From an uncultured virus (IMG/VR IMGVR_UViG_3300024314_000003) (taxonomy: Duplodnaviria > Heunggongvirae > Uroviricota > Caudoviricetes): a stretch of 64,000 nucleotides of DNA. Position numbers and translations under genes: made by a program. The notes below the pieces were generated by a model that saw only the letters and a program-made list of their open reading frames with translations, did not search any database and had not been told where the DNA came from. Location of the stretch: the IMG/VR virus record IMGVR_UViG_3300024314_000003; one strand, given 5' to 3'. Every line of letters begins with the position of its first letter. Position 1 is the stretch's first letter. Below are positions 43,369 through 53,435 of the stretch, in pieces.

Positions 43369-43847
43369 AACACATAAAGCTATTTGAATCCTTTGTAAAC
43401 GACAAAGAAATTTCTACATGGGAAAAAGAGTTTGGTAAATTACCAATTCCTAAGAAAATTAAAGATATATCTAAAGAAATGGCTAAGGCCGGTTTTATTA
43501 GAAAAGATACGAAATCTGTTCAAGCCAAATTATGGATTGGATTAGAAGGAATTTCATGGATAGAAATGAAAGAAAAATTCGGAGACATAGTAGGTAAATT
43601 CTATGGTGGACAATTCTATCAAGCAATGACAAACCCTATGGCTGAAAAATCTGCATATTATGCGTATGAAGTTTCTAAACACGTAGAAGATCTAGCAGCG
43701 AATGATGAAAGCGTAGAACCTGCGTATTATATGATGAAAAATTACTTTAATTCATTTGAATTAAAAATTGATAGAAACAGGGTATTCGATAGAGCAGTTA
43801 AAGAGCTAGAAGCCTGGATGAAACAAAATAAGATTAAAACCCTATAA
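43365..43847 (+). CDS. hypothetical protein with CTS-like N-terminus
   Basis: MKHIKLFESFVND. Confidence 0.65.
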   Translation: MKHIKLFESFVNDKEISTWEKEFGKLPIPKKIKDISKEMAKAGFIRKDTKSVQAKLWIGLEGISWIEMKEKFGDIVGKFYGGQFYQAMTNPMAEKSAYYAYEVSKHVEDLAANDESVEPAYYMMKNYFNSFELKIDRNRVFDRAVKELEAWMKQNKIKTL

Positions 43848-43900
43848 AAAGGGATATATAGATAGTAATTAATACAATAAAACAAATAAAATAAAAAATT

Positions 43901-44926
43901 ATGGCAAAATTAAAATCATTTGAACAGTTTTTATCTGAGATGGATAGAACTGAGGAGGTGCAACAAGACGTAGTTGCAACAGCTGAGCCAGTTGAACAAT
44001 CTGAAGAAAAAGCGGAAGAAGTTCAAGGAAACGGTGATGCTATAGAAGAAGCAGTAAACGCATCCGGTTATATTAAAGCTGGAAAATTAGGTTACAATGA
44101 CCAATTCCTAGGAAGAAGATCTTTATCATGGACACTATCCGTTGATTTAGGTTTAAAAGCATCAGACGAATTCGTTGGACCTTGGTTAGGATTTGATCAC
44201 GTATCATTATACGCGATTGGTAAAAAAGGAGGAACAATTCTTGATGACGCTCTAGCAGGCAAATATACTTATGACGAATTAAAGGCAGCTGCTGCCGATT
44301 TCTTAGGTATTAAAGAATCTGAAGAAGTAATCGAAGATGAAATAGTTGAAAACATCGAAGCAGTAACTGAATCTGGTGAAGAAGCTGGTTTACCTGCTGA
44401 AGATTTAAAAGATGAAACTGAAGTAGTTGATAATGACTGTGAAACTCCTGAAGACAAATCAGACGAATTAGAAGCTGAATTAGAAGACACTGTTGATGCT
44501 GCTGGAAATGAAGAAATTTCTGAAGCTGAAGAAACTGAAGAAGTTGCTGAAGAAGAAACTGAAGAAGTTGTTGCTGAAGAAGAAACTAAAGAAGTTGCTG
44601 AAGAAGAAACTGAAGAGGTTGCTGAAGAAGAGGAAGAAACAGCACTAGTTTCTGATATGTTAAAAGAGGTTTACGAATCTTGTAAAAATGAAGCTAAAGC
44701 ATGGGAAGACGATGCACATGATGAGCATACTGTTGAAACTTATATGAAAGAAAATGCTGCATTAGTTGGCGGAATGGCTGCTCAATGCCTTAAAGAAATG
44801 AAAGAAGATTATTCAGTTGAAGCTTATGAAGCTGCATGTAATGAAATGATCGAAGCATATTCTAAGAAAGTGAATGAGATGAAAGAATCTGATTCAGCTG
44901 TTGGTGAGGAAACTCCAGAAGCTTAA
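43901..44926 (+). CDS. highly acidic putative head-internal/scaffold-like protein
   Basis: MAKLKSFEQFLSE; Glu-rich with EETEEVAE tandem repeats; GATATATA at 43853. Confidence 0.6.
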   Translation: MAKLKSFEQFLSEMDRTEEVQQDVVATAEPVEQSEEKAEEVQGNGDAIEEAVNASGYIKAGKLGYNDQFLGRRSLSWTLSVDLGLKASDEFVGPWLGFDHVSLYAIGKKGGTILDDALAGKYTYDELKAAAADFLGIKESEEVIEDEIVENIEAVTESGEEAGLPAEDLKDETEVVDNDCETPEDKSDELEAELEDTVDAAGNEEISEAEETEEVAEEETEEVVAEEETKEVAEEETEEVAEEEEETALVSDMLKEVYESCKNEAKAWEDDAHDEHTVETYMKENAALVGGMAAQCLKEMKEDYSVEAYEAACNEMIEAYSKKVNEMKESDSAVGEETPEA

Positions 44927-44953
44927 TATTAAAATTAACAATATAAACTTTTT

Positions 44954-44986
44954 AAAGGGTTCATGTATAATACATGGACCCTTTTT
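44954..44986 (+). terminator. terminator-like hairpin overlapping a class II promoter
   Basis: AAAGGGTTCATGTA-TAA-TACATGGACCCTTTTT. Confidence 0.65.
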
Positions 44987-45000
44987 ATTTATAAAGTAAT

Positions 45001-45507
45001 ATGCCAAGAATTTCAGTAGACGTAATATACATGCAAATAGCATATCAAATTTCTAAACTTAGTTATGCTGAGAGAAGGAAAGTCGGCTGTATAGTAGTTA
45101 AAGACGAGCAGATTGTTTCATTTGGATATAATGGAACTCCACATGGTTTTGATAATCAATGTGAAGAAACTCAAACTAGAAATATAGATAATCCTGATCA
45201 CAAAGAAATTTTAATAGAAAAAGGATATGAATGTGAAGATACTTGTTGTTCTAAACAAGTTACTAAACAAGAAGTCTTACATGCAGAATCAAATGCACTA
45301 ATGAAGATTTCAAAATCTACACTTACTTCGAAAGGATCGATCCTATATACTACTACTTCTCCATGCTTTGAATGCGCTAAGTTAATTATACAAGCTGGTG
45401 TAGAAAAAGTATTCTACTGTGAAGGATATAGAGATCTGTCAGGTATTTCTTTATTAAAAAAGGCAGGAATTATTGTTGAACAAGTAATCGTATGGAATGA
45501 GCATTAA
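45001..45507 (+). CDS. dCMP deaminase
   Basis: KVGCIVV, GYNGTP, HAESNA and SPCFECAKLIIQAG motifs. Confidence 0.92.
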   Translation: MPRISVDVIYMQIAYQISKLSYAERRKVGCIVVKDEQIVSFGYNGTPHGFDNQCEETQTRNIDNPDHKEILIEKGYECEDTCCSKQVTKQEVLHAESNALMKISKSTLTSKGSILYTTTSPCFECAKLIIQAGVEKVFYCEGYRDLSGISLLKKAGIIVEQVIVWNEH

Positions 45508-45712
45508 TAAAATAAACTTACCAGAAGTAAACCGCCTAGAAGACTATTTAAAAGAACATGGAAGCCATGAGTTTTTTAGAAGGTATATTAAAAAGACAGA
45601 GGCAATGATAGGACCATCTACATCCCATGCCTTTATAAACGACTTTATAAAGTTCTATCAAGAAGGAGAATCTAATACCTTCTATATTATACCACAGCTT
45701 AAACTTTTCTAA
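45497..45712 (+). CDS. hypothetical protein
   Basis: 71-aa co-oriented ORF. Confidence 0.6.
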   Translation: MSINKINLPEVNRLEDYLKEHGSHEFFRRYIKKTEAMIGPSTSHAFINDFIKFYQEGESNTFYIIPQLKLF

Positions 45713-45745
45713 GTTTAGGTGTATAATAATAAAATAGGTTAAATC

Positions 45746-46264
45746 ATGCAAACAACTGAAGAAAAAGATATTGTAAAATATCAGTGGAAAAAGGGAGATA
45801 ATTTTGGTAAAGTGGTTGAGGTAGAATCTAAAGATTCTGAATTTACTTACTTTAAAGATGGATCTAAAATATTCAACAAAGTATTACCTGAGTTTTTAGA
45901 ACTAATAACTACTGAAGGATTACCATTTCCTGGAGTCGAGCTTGTAGGAACTACACCTACGCCTAAAAAAGCTCCCGTTAAAGAAATTGAAAAAAAGGTA
46001 GAAGTTAAAGAAAATACTTCTCCCCTTGGTCAATTAATTAAAACTTTATCTGCTAAGAATGTCGAATCATTTCAATTAAGCGTAGGAATTAATCTTCCTA
46101 AGAAAGAAATATTTAACATGCTAGTTGAAAACTCTGAAGAAGAAAAAGAACAAATCTTAGAAGAGATCTCTAAATCAGCTGTTTCTCAAATAGAGATAAA
46201 TAACCTACAAGAATTTTTAAACGAACAAATAACTGAATTTGTAACTAATTATTATAAACTATGA
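45746..46264 (+). CDS. hypothetical protein
   Basis: 172 aa; class II promoter at 45701-45727. Confidence 0.7.
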   Translation: MQTTEEKDIVKYQWKKGDNFGKVVEVESKDSEFTYFKDGSKIFNKVLPEFLELITTEGLPFPGVELVGTTPTPKKAPVKEIEKKVEVKENTSPLGQLIKTLSAKNVESFQLSVGINLPKKEIFNMLVENSEEEKEQILEEISKSAVSQIEINNLQEFLNEQITEFVTNYYKL

Positions 46265-46647
46265 GTCAAGCAAGAAAATACAGAAGAGACACCTATAAAA
46301 GAGCTGGGTTATTAAAAGCTAAAAACGAATGGGGAAGATTCTCTGAAAAAGGAATAGCGTGGTACGCCATGAAACAGGAGGAAGGAAAACAATTCCAAGA
46401 GGCTCATGAGAAAAAAGTCAATGACCAAATTGAAGAGCAGTTAGGTTCAAAGCTTAATTCATTAAAGGAAACATGGACTAAGGTGGGTTATAATAAAGAA
46501 GAGATTGATTTATTAGAAGAAGCCTTCGCAATGACTACAATCAAAGATAAAGAAACTTATAGAGCTGATAGAAAAGCGGCTAGGAAAATATACAAGAAAG
46601 TTCAACAATCCCTAGAAGAAAGACTAAATGCAGGAGATAACTCTTAA
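46261..46647 (+). CDS. hypothetical protein
   Basis: ATGA-coupled, charged helical ORF. Confidence 0.7.
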   Translation: MSQARKYRRDTYKRAGLLKAKNEWGRFSEKGIAWYAMKQEEGKQFQEAHEKKVNDQIEEQLGSKLNSLKETWTKVGYNKEEIDLLEEAFAMTTIKDKETYRADRKAARKIYKKVQQSLEERLNAGDNS

Positions 46648-46942
46648 GATAGCAGATAACGGTGTAATTAAAACCGTAACAGATGATAACATCAATGCGG
46701 CTGGTGAGAAATACGAGTCAGTTATTGTCTATGATTTTGATAAAGGTATCGATGATAGATTAAATTTTATCAGAGATATCTGTATCGATGTCGGATTAGA
46801 TTTTGGTAATTCAAAACAATCTAATCAAATAAAGGTGGTCACTGAATGGGGAACTAATTACAGTCCCTCTACCATCGAAACAAAACATAAAATCCAAACT
46901 TTACAAACTAAAATTAAAGAATTGGAGAAATTGATAAGATGA
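46628..46942 (+). CDS. hypothetical protein
   Basis: Co-oriented overlapping ORF. Confidence 0.65.
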   Translation: MQEITLKIADNGVIKTVTDDNINAAGEKYESVIVYDFDKGIDDRLNFIRDICIDVGLDFGNSKQSNQIKVVTEWGTNYSPSTIETKHKIQTLQTKIKELEKLIR

Positions 46943-47340
46943 CAACAACGACTGAAATTACAATAGAATGTGTATGGTGTAATAGTAGAAAGGAATTTAA
47001 TAAATTCTGTAGAAACAACCCAGGAGAAACGGTTATAGATTTCTATAGCATTAGAAATAAGCTAGTTAAATCAGATCCCTATGACACTGAACCACATCGC
47101 TCTGTAATTGGTCTTGCAATAAGAGATTCTTTCATTAATGTTCTAAATAAGAATGCCGACTTAGAAAAAATCATTTACTTATTTAAAAATTTAGATGCAG
47201 AAACTATTGACAACTTTAAATTATTTTTAAAAGAAACAATAGAACCTGATGCATCACTAAACTTAACAGTCATTAACAGAGATGATTATCCTAAAGGCGT
47301 TCTTAAAAGATTCGAAAGCGTCAAGATAATCGATCTATAA
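46939..47340 (+). CDS. hypothetical protein
   Basis: ATGA-coupled ORF. Confidence 0.65.
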   Translation: MTTTTEITIECVWCNSRKEFNKFCRNNPGETVIDFYSIRNKLVKSDPYDTEPHRSVIGLAIRDSFINVLNKNADLEKIIYLFKNLDAETIDNFKLFLKETIEPDASLNLTVINRDDYPKGVLKRFESVKIIDL

Positions 47341-47930
47341 TGATAAGGCATAAGTTATTTTCAAAGGGTGAAAGAATACATGCCCTTATATCCAACACTA
47401 GACATTCTCACATTGTATTTCCCGTTTATGGAATAATTCATGACGTTAAGTTCGACGAGGATATGCCAAGGTATCAAATAAGAATTACTAAGTTTCATGA
47501 CAACATAGATTTCTTAAAAAGATATCTCTTCGGTATGAAGTTTTCAAAAGACTTTAATAATAGAACTACAACATTCGGTCTTACTAGAAAGAACTATAAA
47601 TCTATGAAAGATTTTCAGAATCAAATAGATTCTAAATGGGAATCTTATATGATCTCAGTTGATTCTGTAATGTGTGTTAAAACCAAGACAGAGGTAATAG
47701 ATCTATTTAATAATATACAAGATTTCTTAATCGAAAAGAATTTTAAAGATATATTTGAACTCTCAAGCAGAAGTGTATATTCTTCTGGCAAATATTATTA
47801 TCAATCCAGGGGAGTATATGCTGCCCATCTCAAGAAGTTTTTAGGAGATAGAGAACCAAAGACGGATAAATATTATGATAAGCTTTTATATAGACCACAG
47901 TCAGACGATCTGGATGACATAGAATTGTGA
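47340..47930 (+). CDS. hypothetical protein
   Basis: TAATG-coupled 196-aa ORF. Confidence 0.7.
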   Translation: MIRHKLFSKGERIHALISNTRHSHIVFPVYGIIHDVKFDEDMPRYQIRITKFHDNIDFLKRYLFGMKFSKDFNNRTTTFGLTRKNYKSMKDFQNQIDSKWESYMISVDSVMCVKTKTEVIDLFNNIQDFLIEKNFKDIFELSSRSVYSSGKYYYQSRGVYAAHLKKFLGDREPKTDKYYDKLLYRPQSDDLDDIEL

Positions 47931-47965
47931 ATATATAAAACCTAGTAAAAACATAATATTACAAT

Positions 47966-49729
47966 ATGCCATTATTTGGATTAGTATCAGCGGGAGCCGC
48001 TTCCAGTTTAAAATCATCAGTTTCAGGATTTGGAGATAAAGTAGATAACTTCTTTAATTTGTCAAGCCCAGACGGAAAGGGTGCTCGTTCTGCGAATGTA
48101 GATCCTCAGAATACACTGCTCGGAACGTTTGATAACCCTAACACAAGAAGTAGAGCTCTTTTAGTGGGTGAGCCTTTAAGTAACGTTGCTCCTGGTGGAA
48201 AATCACAATATTATACACAAGAGGCTGACTCAGTAATATATTATAAAAGAGGAAAGGATGGAAAAGACACTAAAGAAAAAATAACGGATGGTGTACATGC
48301 ATATTCTACTTTTAATAAATATACTCTAGTAAATTATAGAGGTAGTTTCTTTACACCAGGTGGAGCTGCTAAGTCTAAAGGAGTAGACTCTATTGAATAT
48401 AATAAAATAGACGAGAGAACATTAGATAATCCTACTGTTTCTAAAATAGTAGAAGTTACTAAAAATAATGCAGCCGGTTCAAGTGGATATGGATATATGT
48501 ATAATTACGCCGACTTTGCAATGTGTAGATATAATGGTAAAATACCTAATAATTATCTACTAACTTTAAGAAGATTTCCATATCCAGTACAGGATGATAT
48601 TATTACACCAATGGACATTGATAAAGATGGTAAAGTGCGTGAAACAGATCAACCCGATATTGCAAGAGCAGTAACATGGATGAGTGAAGTTACAGGTAAT
48701 AGTATGTCCTCAATTCTTAATTGGTCACATGGATATAATTGGAAAGATGAATCAGCTTCAGTGCAAACTGTACAATCTAATAACTCAAGCAGAAGAGGTG
48801 CATTTGGACAATTCTTAGATTCTAGTGTAATAGGTACTGCAGCGGCTAATGCAGCGGCAGGTGTAGATGGTGTAACGGCACAAAGAAGAAAAAACGGAGG
48901 AAGTGGATATGATGCACAAGCAACTACATATCCTAATCATATATTCGGTCCGGTGAATGTAATTAAAGATGTATCTTTTAGAGATCAAGGTTTAACTTTT
49001 AATCAAGAATTTAAACTTAAATTTGAATATGAATTAAGATCCTTTGGTGGAGCAAATCCTAAGGTTTTAATGCTAGATCAGTTAGCAAACATAATGGTAC
49101 TAACTTCCAGTCAGGCTCCTTTCTGGGGAGGATCAGTTAGATATGTAGGAAACGGATCAGCTGGTAAACCATTGGGTGATCTTAGTTTAATTAAATCGGG
49201 TAATTATAGTGGATTTATTAAAAGCGTTGCATCTGGTTTAGGAGACATGTTTAAAGGAGTTGCCAAAGATATAGGAAACGCGATGTCTGGTAAAGGTGAT
49301 TCTAAATTCTTAAATAATATATTAGGAGGTACTTTAATGAAAATGTTTAATTCTCCAGGAGGTGGACAGGCGGCAGCATCTTTATTAACAGGTGATCCTA
49401 CGGGTTCATGGCACCTTACGGTTGGTAATCCTTTAAATCCTATAATGATGGTAGGTAATTTAACATGTAGAGAAACTAACGTTACCTTTGAAGGAGGTAT
49501 GGGTGTACAAGATTTTCCAGAAAGAATGACAGTAGAAATAACTCTTAAGCCTGGTAGAGCTAGAGATAAACTGGATATTGAATCTATGTTTAATATGGGT
49601 AGAGGTAGATTTTATTTACAGCCTGAAGAAGGAGTTGATGTTAATCAAACTTATATTGAAACAGCCTACGGTGGTAAAGATAAGAGAAAGGCTCTCAATA
49701 GAGAATTTAGAAAAATAGCTAACGGATAA
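47966..49729 (+). CDS. putative tail/baseplate structural protein
   Basis: First gene of the baseplate block, after GAATATATAA; C-terminal tube-like beta pattern (WHLTVGNP..VTF..FPERMTVEITL). Confidence 0.55.
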   Translation: MPLFGLVSAGAASSLKSSVSGFGDKVDNFFNLSSPDGKGARSANVDPQNTLLGTFDNPNTRSRALLVGEPLSNVAPGGKSQYYTQEADSVIYYKRGKDGKDTKEKITDGVHAYSTFNKYTLVNYRGSFFTPGGAAKSKGVDSIEYNKIDERTLDNPTVSKIVEVTKNNAAGSSGYGYMYNYADFAMCRYNGKIPNNYLLTLRRFPYPVQDDIITPMDIDKDGKVRETDQPDIARAVTWMSEVTGNSMSSILNWSHGYNWKDESASVQTVQSNNSSRRGAFGQFLDSSVIGTAAANAAAGVDGVTAQRRKNGGSGYDAQATTYPNHIFGPVNVIKDVSFRDQGLTFNQEFKLKFEYELRSFGGANPKVLMLDQLANIMVLTSSQAPFWGGSVRYVGNGSAGKPLGDLSLIKSGNYSGFIKSVASGLGDMFKGVAKDIGNAMSGKGDSKFLNNILGGTLMKMFNSPGGGQAAASLLTGDPTGSWHLTVGNPLNPIMMVGNLTCRETNVTFEGGMGVQDFPERMTVEITLKPGRARDKLDIESMFNMGRGRFYLQPEEGVDVNQTYIETAYGGKDKRKALNREFRKIANG

Positions 49730-50205
49730 TGATAAAACTATATAGTATAGATAATAAGAAATTATCTGAGGATAAACTAACAATGGCTTCTCCATCGTTT
49801 GTTTTTCTAGACATGACGGAAAGCGCAGTACAATCAATACATATTGTAGAAGCTGACGAAACGGGTAGAATAGATCTAATATCTTTGTCAGAATACGGAA
49901 CACATGATCGTACTGATGATATTTTAAAATTTAATGGAATTTCAAATCCATTTTCTATCAAAGAAGGTGATGTATTACTAATTCCTAATCAAGATTCTGG
50001 AAAGAAGAAATGGAAATTAATGCTTAATGCTACTTATAAAAATCCTATTAGAGAACAGTTTATTAATACAAAAAGACTACCAGTTAAGGATGCTAATAGA
50101 ATTGAGTATCTATCTAAAAAATATAATAAAGAAATATTACCTCCAAATATTTTAAGATCTGGCGAAACAAATATCGACGTCAGTAACGGACAAGTTAAAA
50201 TCTAA
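49729..50205 (+). CDS. baseplate wedge protein, T4 gp53/LysM-like
   Basis: RIDLISLSEYG..ILKFNGISNPF..GDVLLIP. Confidence 0.7.
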   Translation: MIKLYSIDNKKLSEDKLTMASPSFVFLDMTESAVQSIHIVEADETGRIDLISLSEYGTHDRTDDILKFNGISNPFSIKEGDVLLIPNQDSGKKKWKLMLNATYKNPIREQFINTKRLPVKDANRIEYLSKKYNKEILPPNILRSGETNIDVSNGQVKI

Positions 50206-50228
50206 GAATAAAATAAATAAAAACAATT

Positions 50229-50654
50229 ATGAAACACGTACAATTATTTGAACAGTTCCTTAACGAGGGATTAAAGGTCGGAAGAGACCAAGATCTAGCA
50301 AAAGAAATCATCGCAGTTCTTTATGCTGAAAGAGACACACCCGAAGGTGAAGCATTAACGGCAGCCGGTGGAATGGTAGCTGGTGGAAGTACAACTGGAG
50401 AAGAAATGTATTTAAGCAAATGGAACAAAGATTCCGTAAAAGCTTTACATGGTTCTAAGGTAAGAGTTCCTGGAAAGGTTATGTTAGGTACTTTAATTAA
50501 AGTAGCAGCTGATAATGGAAAGAGTTACTATTTTGATGGTGGCGTATTCGTTGAAGGTGATAAAGACGTTAAAGGAGCTAAGGTAGGAATGGACTTTAGA
50601 GATTTTGTAGATATCCTCGTTAAAAAGAAGATCATTAACAAACCCACATATTAA
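50229..50654 (+). CDS. hypothetical protein with CTS-like N-terminus
   Basis: MKHVQLFEQFLNEG. Confidence 0.65.
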   Translation: MKHVQLFEQFLNEGLKVGRDQDLAKEIIAVLYAERDTPEGEALTAAGGMVAGGSTTGEEMYLSKWNKDSVKALHGSKVRVPGKVMLGTLIKVAADNGKSYYFDGGVFVEGDKDVKGAKVGMDFRDFVDILVKKKIINKPTY

Positions 50655-50665
50655 AACTAAAATAA

Positions 50666-52144
50666 ATGCCGATAGATAATCACATTCTAAATGTAATAGA
50701 ACACTCATTGGAATTAGACACAATAAAGTTTGATGCACATGGTGAAGATGAGGGTGGACAGAAAATGAGCCATGAAATAGGAGGTCCTATTCCAATGGTA
50801 GTTATTAATGGAGCTTCATTTACGGGACAAGATGTTAAGAGATTTGAAATTGATTGTAGTACTAAAATTCCTAAATTAGCCCTAACTATAATAGACACTA
50901 GAGGAACCTTTGATGCGGATCAAATTCCAAGAGATGGTGATGTCGTTTCAGTTAGAATTGCAGCAAGACAACAAGACACTTTTAAAGATATTAGAATAGA
51001 TTTTGATATAGATGAAATAGGAGGCCCTGCTACTGGCGATTTGAAAAAAGCCACTAGTGGCACTAAATTTTCTATACAGGGTACGATGAAAGTACCTACA
51101 TTATATTCAGAAGGATGTGCTTCGTATGAAGGAACATCTAGAGAACAGATAGAAGAATTTGCTAATAATTTAAAACTAGGATTAGCAACTAACATTGATT
51201 CATCGGATGACGCAATGAAAGCACTTAATGCATGTCAACCTAATATAGAATTTTTAAATAATTTAGTGGAACATTCATATGTCGGTGAAGATAGTTTTCA
51301 GACATATTGTATCGATCCTTATTATAATATATGTTTCGTAGATATTAATGCTCTTTTAAATTCAGAAGATGGAATGGATGAAACACTTATTAACTTTGAA
51401 ATAGATTTCGATGAAGATGGAGAAGAACAGACTTCAAACGCAATAGGAATACCTAACATGCTAACTAACGCTTCGTCTATGAATTCTACTAATTCATTCA
51501 TACAAAGCTATAACTTAGTTAACAATTCAGGCGGACTTTCTAAAAAGAACGGCTATAAAAGAAAAATGATATATTTTGAGAACGACTCTGTTGGTGTTGT
51601 TGCTCATGAAATAGAACCACTCGCTAGTGATAGTATGAAGGACATTGAGGAGCCGCTAAAGGGAAGAAGAGATGAAGACAGATATACTAAAGAGGTAAAA
51701 TCAAAATACATGGGAAGGCTCCCTATTCAATCAGATGATATGCCAAATGTACATCTTAACTATTCATTTGCCGCATTAAGCAATCAACAGAATTTAGATG
51801 AAATGAATAAAATGCAGTTAGAAATAACCTTAAAGACATTTAATCCTGGAATTCATTTGTGGCAAAAAATACCTATTCAAATATTAAAAAGTGGGTTTAC
51901 ACAAATGACTGCACAGCAGGGTATAGGTGGCGATAAAGATGAAAAGGGATTTGAAACAGAAAATGAAGAAGAAGTTGAAAGCGTAAATGATTTAAACGCA
52001 GATCAGGTTAAAGATGAATTTTTAACAGGTTATTATGTAATAGGTGGAATTAAATACATATATAAGGAGTCTACTGGAATTATTCAAAAACTTACTCTAT
52101 TAAGAAGAGAATGGCCGAGTAGATTAAATAACGTTAAAGGATAA
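50666..52144 (+). CDS. putative baseplate hub protein
   Basis: Lies between the gp53-like and gp5-like genes; C-terminal LTGYYVIGGIKYIY..QKLTLLRRE is typical of hub proteins. Confidence 0.55.
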   Translation: MPIDNHILNVIEHSLELDTIKFDAHGEDEGGQKMSHEIGGPIPMVVINGASFTGQDVKRFEIDCSTKIPKLALTIIDTRGTFDADQIPRDGDVVSVRIAARQQDTFKDIRIDFDIDEIGGPATGDLKKATSGTKFSIQGTMKVPTLYSEGCASYEGTSREQIEEFANNLKLGLATNIDSSDDAMKALNACQPNIEFLNNLVEHSYVGEDSFQTYCIDPYYNICFVDINALLNSEDGMDETLINFEIDFDEDGEEQTSNAIGIPNMLTNASSMNSTNSFIQSYNLVNNSGGLSKKNGYKRKMIYFENDSVGVVAHEIEPLASDSMKDIEEPLKGRRDEDRYTKEVKSKYMGRLPIQSDDMPNVHLNYSFAALSNQQNLDEMNKMQLEITLKTFNPGIHLWQKIPIQILKSGFTQMTAQQGIGGDKDEKGFETENEEEVESVNDLNADQVKDEFLTGYYVIGGIKYIYKESTGIIQKLTLLRREWPSRLNNVKG

Positions 52145-52175
52145 TTAAACCCTATCAAATAATAATATATACTAT

Positions 52176-53432
52176 ATGTCAGATTTTAAAAGTAAATTAG
52201 ATTTTCAAAAAGGTAAATTAGCACAGTCGCCATATCAGGATCCGACTTTTTTATCGTTTGTTATATTATTTAACGTAAGCGATCATACTAATTCGCCTCT
52301 ATTATCTGGAGCGGCCGAAGAATTCTACGTTAATCAATTAGGAGCTACAAAAAAGCCGCCGGAGTCAGCTAAAAAAAGTAGCAAAGACACTAATAGATTA
52401 TCTGCACTTAGTTCAAGTGCTTCTGCGGGATCAACTAAATTCTATGAAGAAAGATTAGATGCTCTAGTTAAATTTAAAAAGGCATTACTAGACATAAATA
52501 GAAATACACCGTGGTTTTTCCAAGGATTACAGGGTGTTGATAGAGCAATTACAAATTTTAATCCTACTACTCCATATTACGGAGGCGATGATGCTAAGTT
52601 AACACTAAGCTGTTTAGAATCTATTAACCTTAGAGTTTCTGGTCTTATGCACCTTTATAGAAAAGCAGTGTTTGACGAAGTTAAATGGAATTGGATTTTA
52701 CCTGAAAATTTAAGAAAGTTTTCAATGATAGTATATGTTACTGAGGTTAGAAAGATCCAAAACATGTCTAAAATTACATTATCAGGGGTTCCTAAAAAGA
52801 TAGACTTGGCTGCTATTAAGGGTTTTCCTGGAAATATGAAACCAAGCCTAGGAGTTGATAATTCAAACAAAGGTATATCAGGATCTGACAATAGACCCTT
52901 CTTTATGTTTAGATTCGGTGAATGTGAATTTGCCTTAAACACAGGTTCTGAAATATTTGGAGATCTTACTAAAAATCCAGGCGAACAGGCTAGACAAACT
53001 ATTGAAATGCAATATGAAGTTGTAGATAGTATGGATGCAAGAGTATTAAATGGAATTGTTTCTGATACTATACCTAACGCATTATCCCCAGCACATGATT
53101 CTGAAAATTATGAAGCTGATGGGATATTAGGTCTTTTAAAAGATAAGGCGCTAGCTAAACTTAAAGAAATAGGAGAAAGAGGTTTAAACGACCTGAACAG
53201 ATTAGCAAGAGAAAAGAAAGATGAATTAGTTCAAGGTGCAAGGGACGGTATTAGAGGTAGAGTTCCTAATTTTGAAAACATATATCAAGACGCCTTACGA
53301 GGTGTTTCTGATGGAGTAGATAATATTGGTTCTAACATCGCAGAGAATGTATTTAATGTAGATACTAGTGCGACAGTAGGAGCTGCACTAAACGATGCAG
53401 CAGCCCAATCCCTTGGTAATATAAACGATTAA
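52176..53432 (+). CDS. putative tail-tube/baseplate-associated protein
   Basis: Position in the baseplate block only. Confidence 0.45.
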   Translation: MSDFKSKLDFQKGKLAQSPYQDPTFLSFVILFNVSDHTNSPLLSGAAEEFYVNQLGATKKPPESAKKSSKDTNRLSALSSSASAGSTKFYEERLDALVKFKKALLDINRNTPWFFQGLQGVDRAITNFNPTTPYYGGDDAKLTLSCLESINLRVSGLMHLYRKAVFDEVKWNWILPENLRKFSMIVYVTEVRKIQNMSKITLSGVPKKIDLAAIKGFPGNMKPSLGVDNSNKGISGSDNRPFFMFRFGECEFALNTGSEIFGDLTKNPGEQARQTIEMQYEVVDSMDARVLNGIVSDTIPNALSPAHDSENYEADGILGLLKDKALAKLKEIGERGLNDLNRLAREKKDELVQGARDGIRGRVPNFENIYQDALRGVSDGVDNIGSNIAENVFNVDTSATVGAALNDAAAQSLGNIND

Positions 53433-53435
53433 TAT

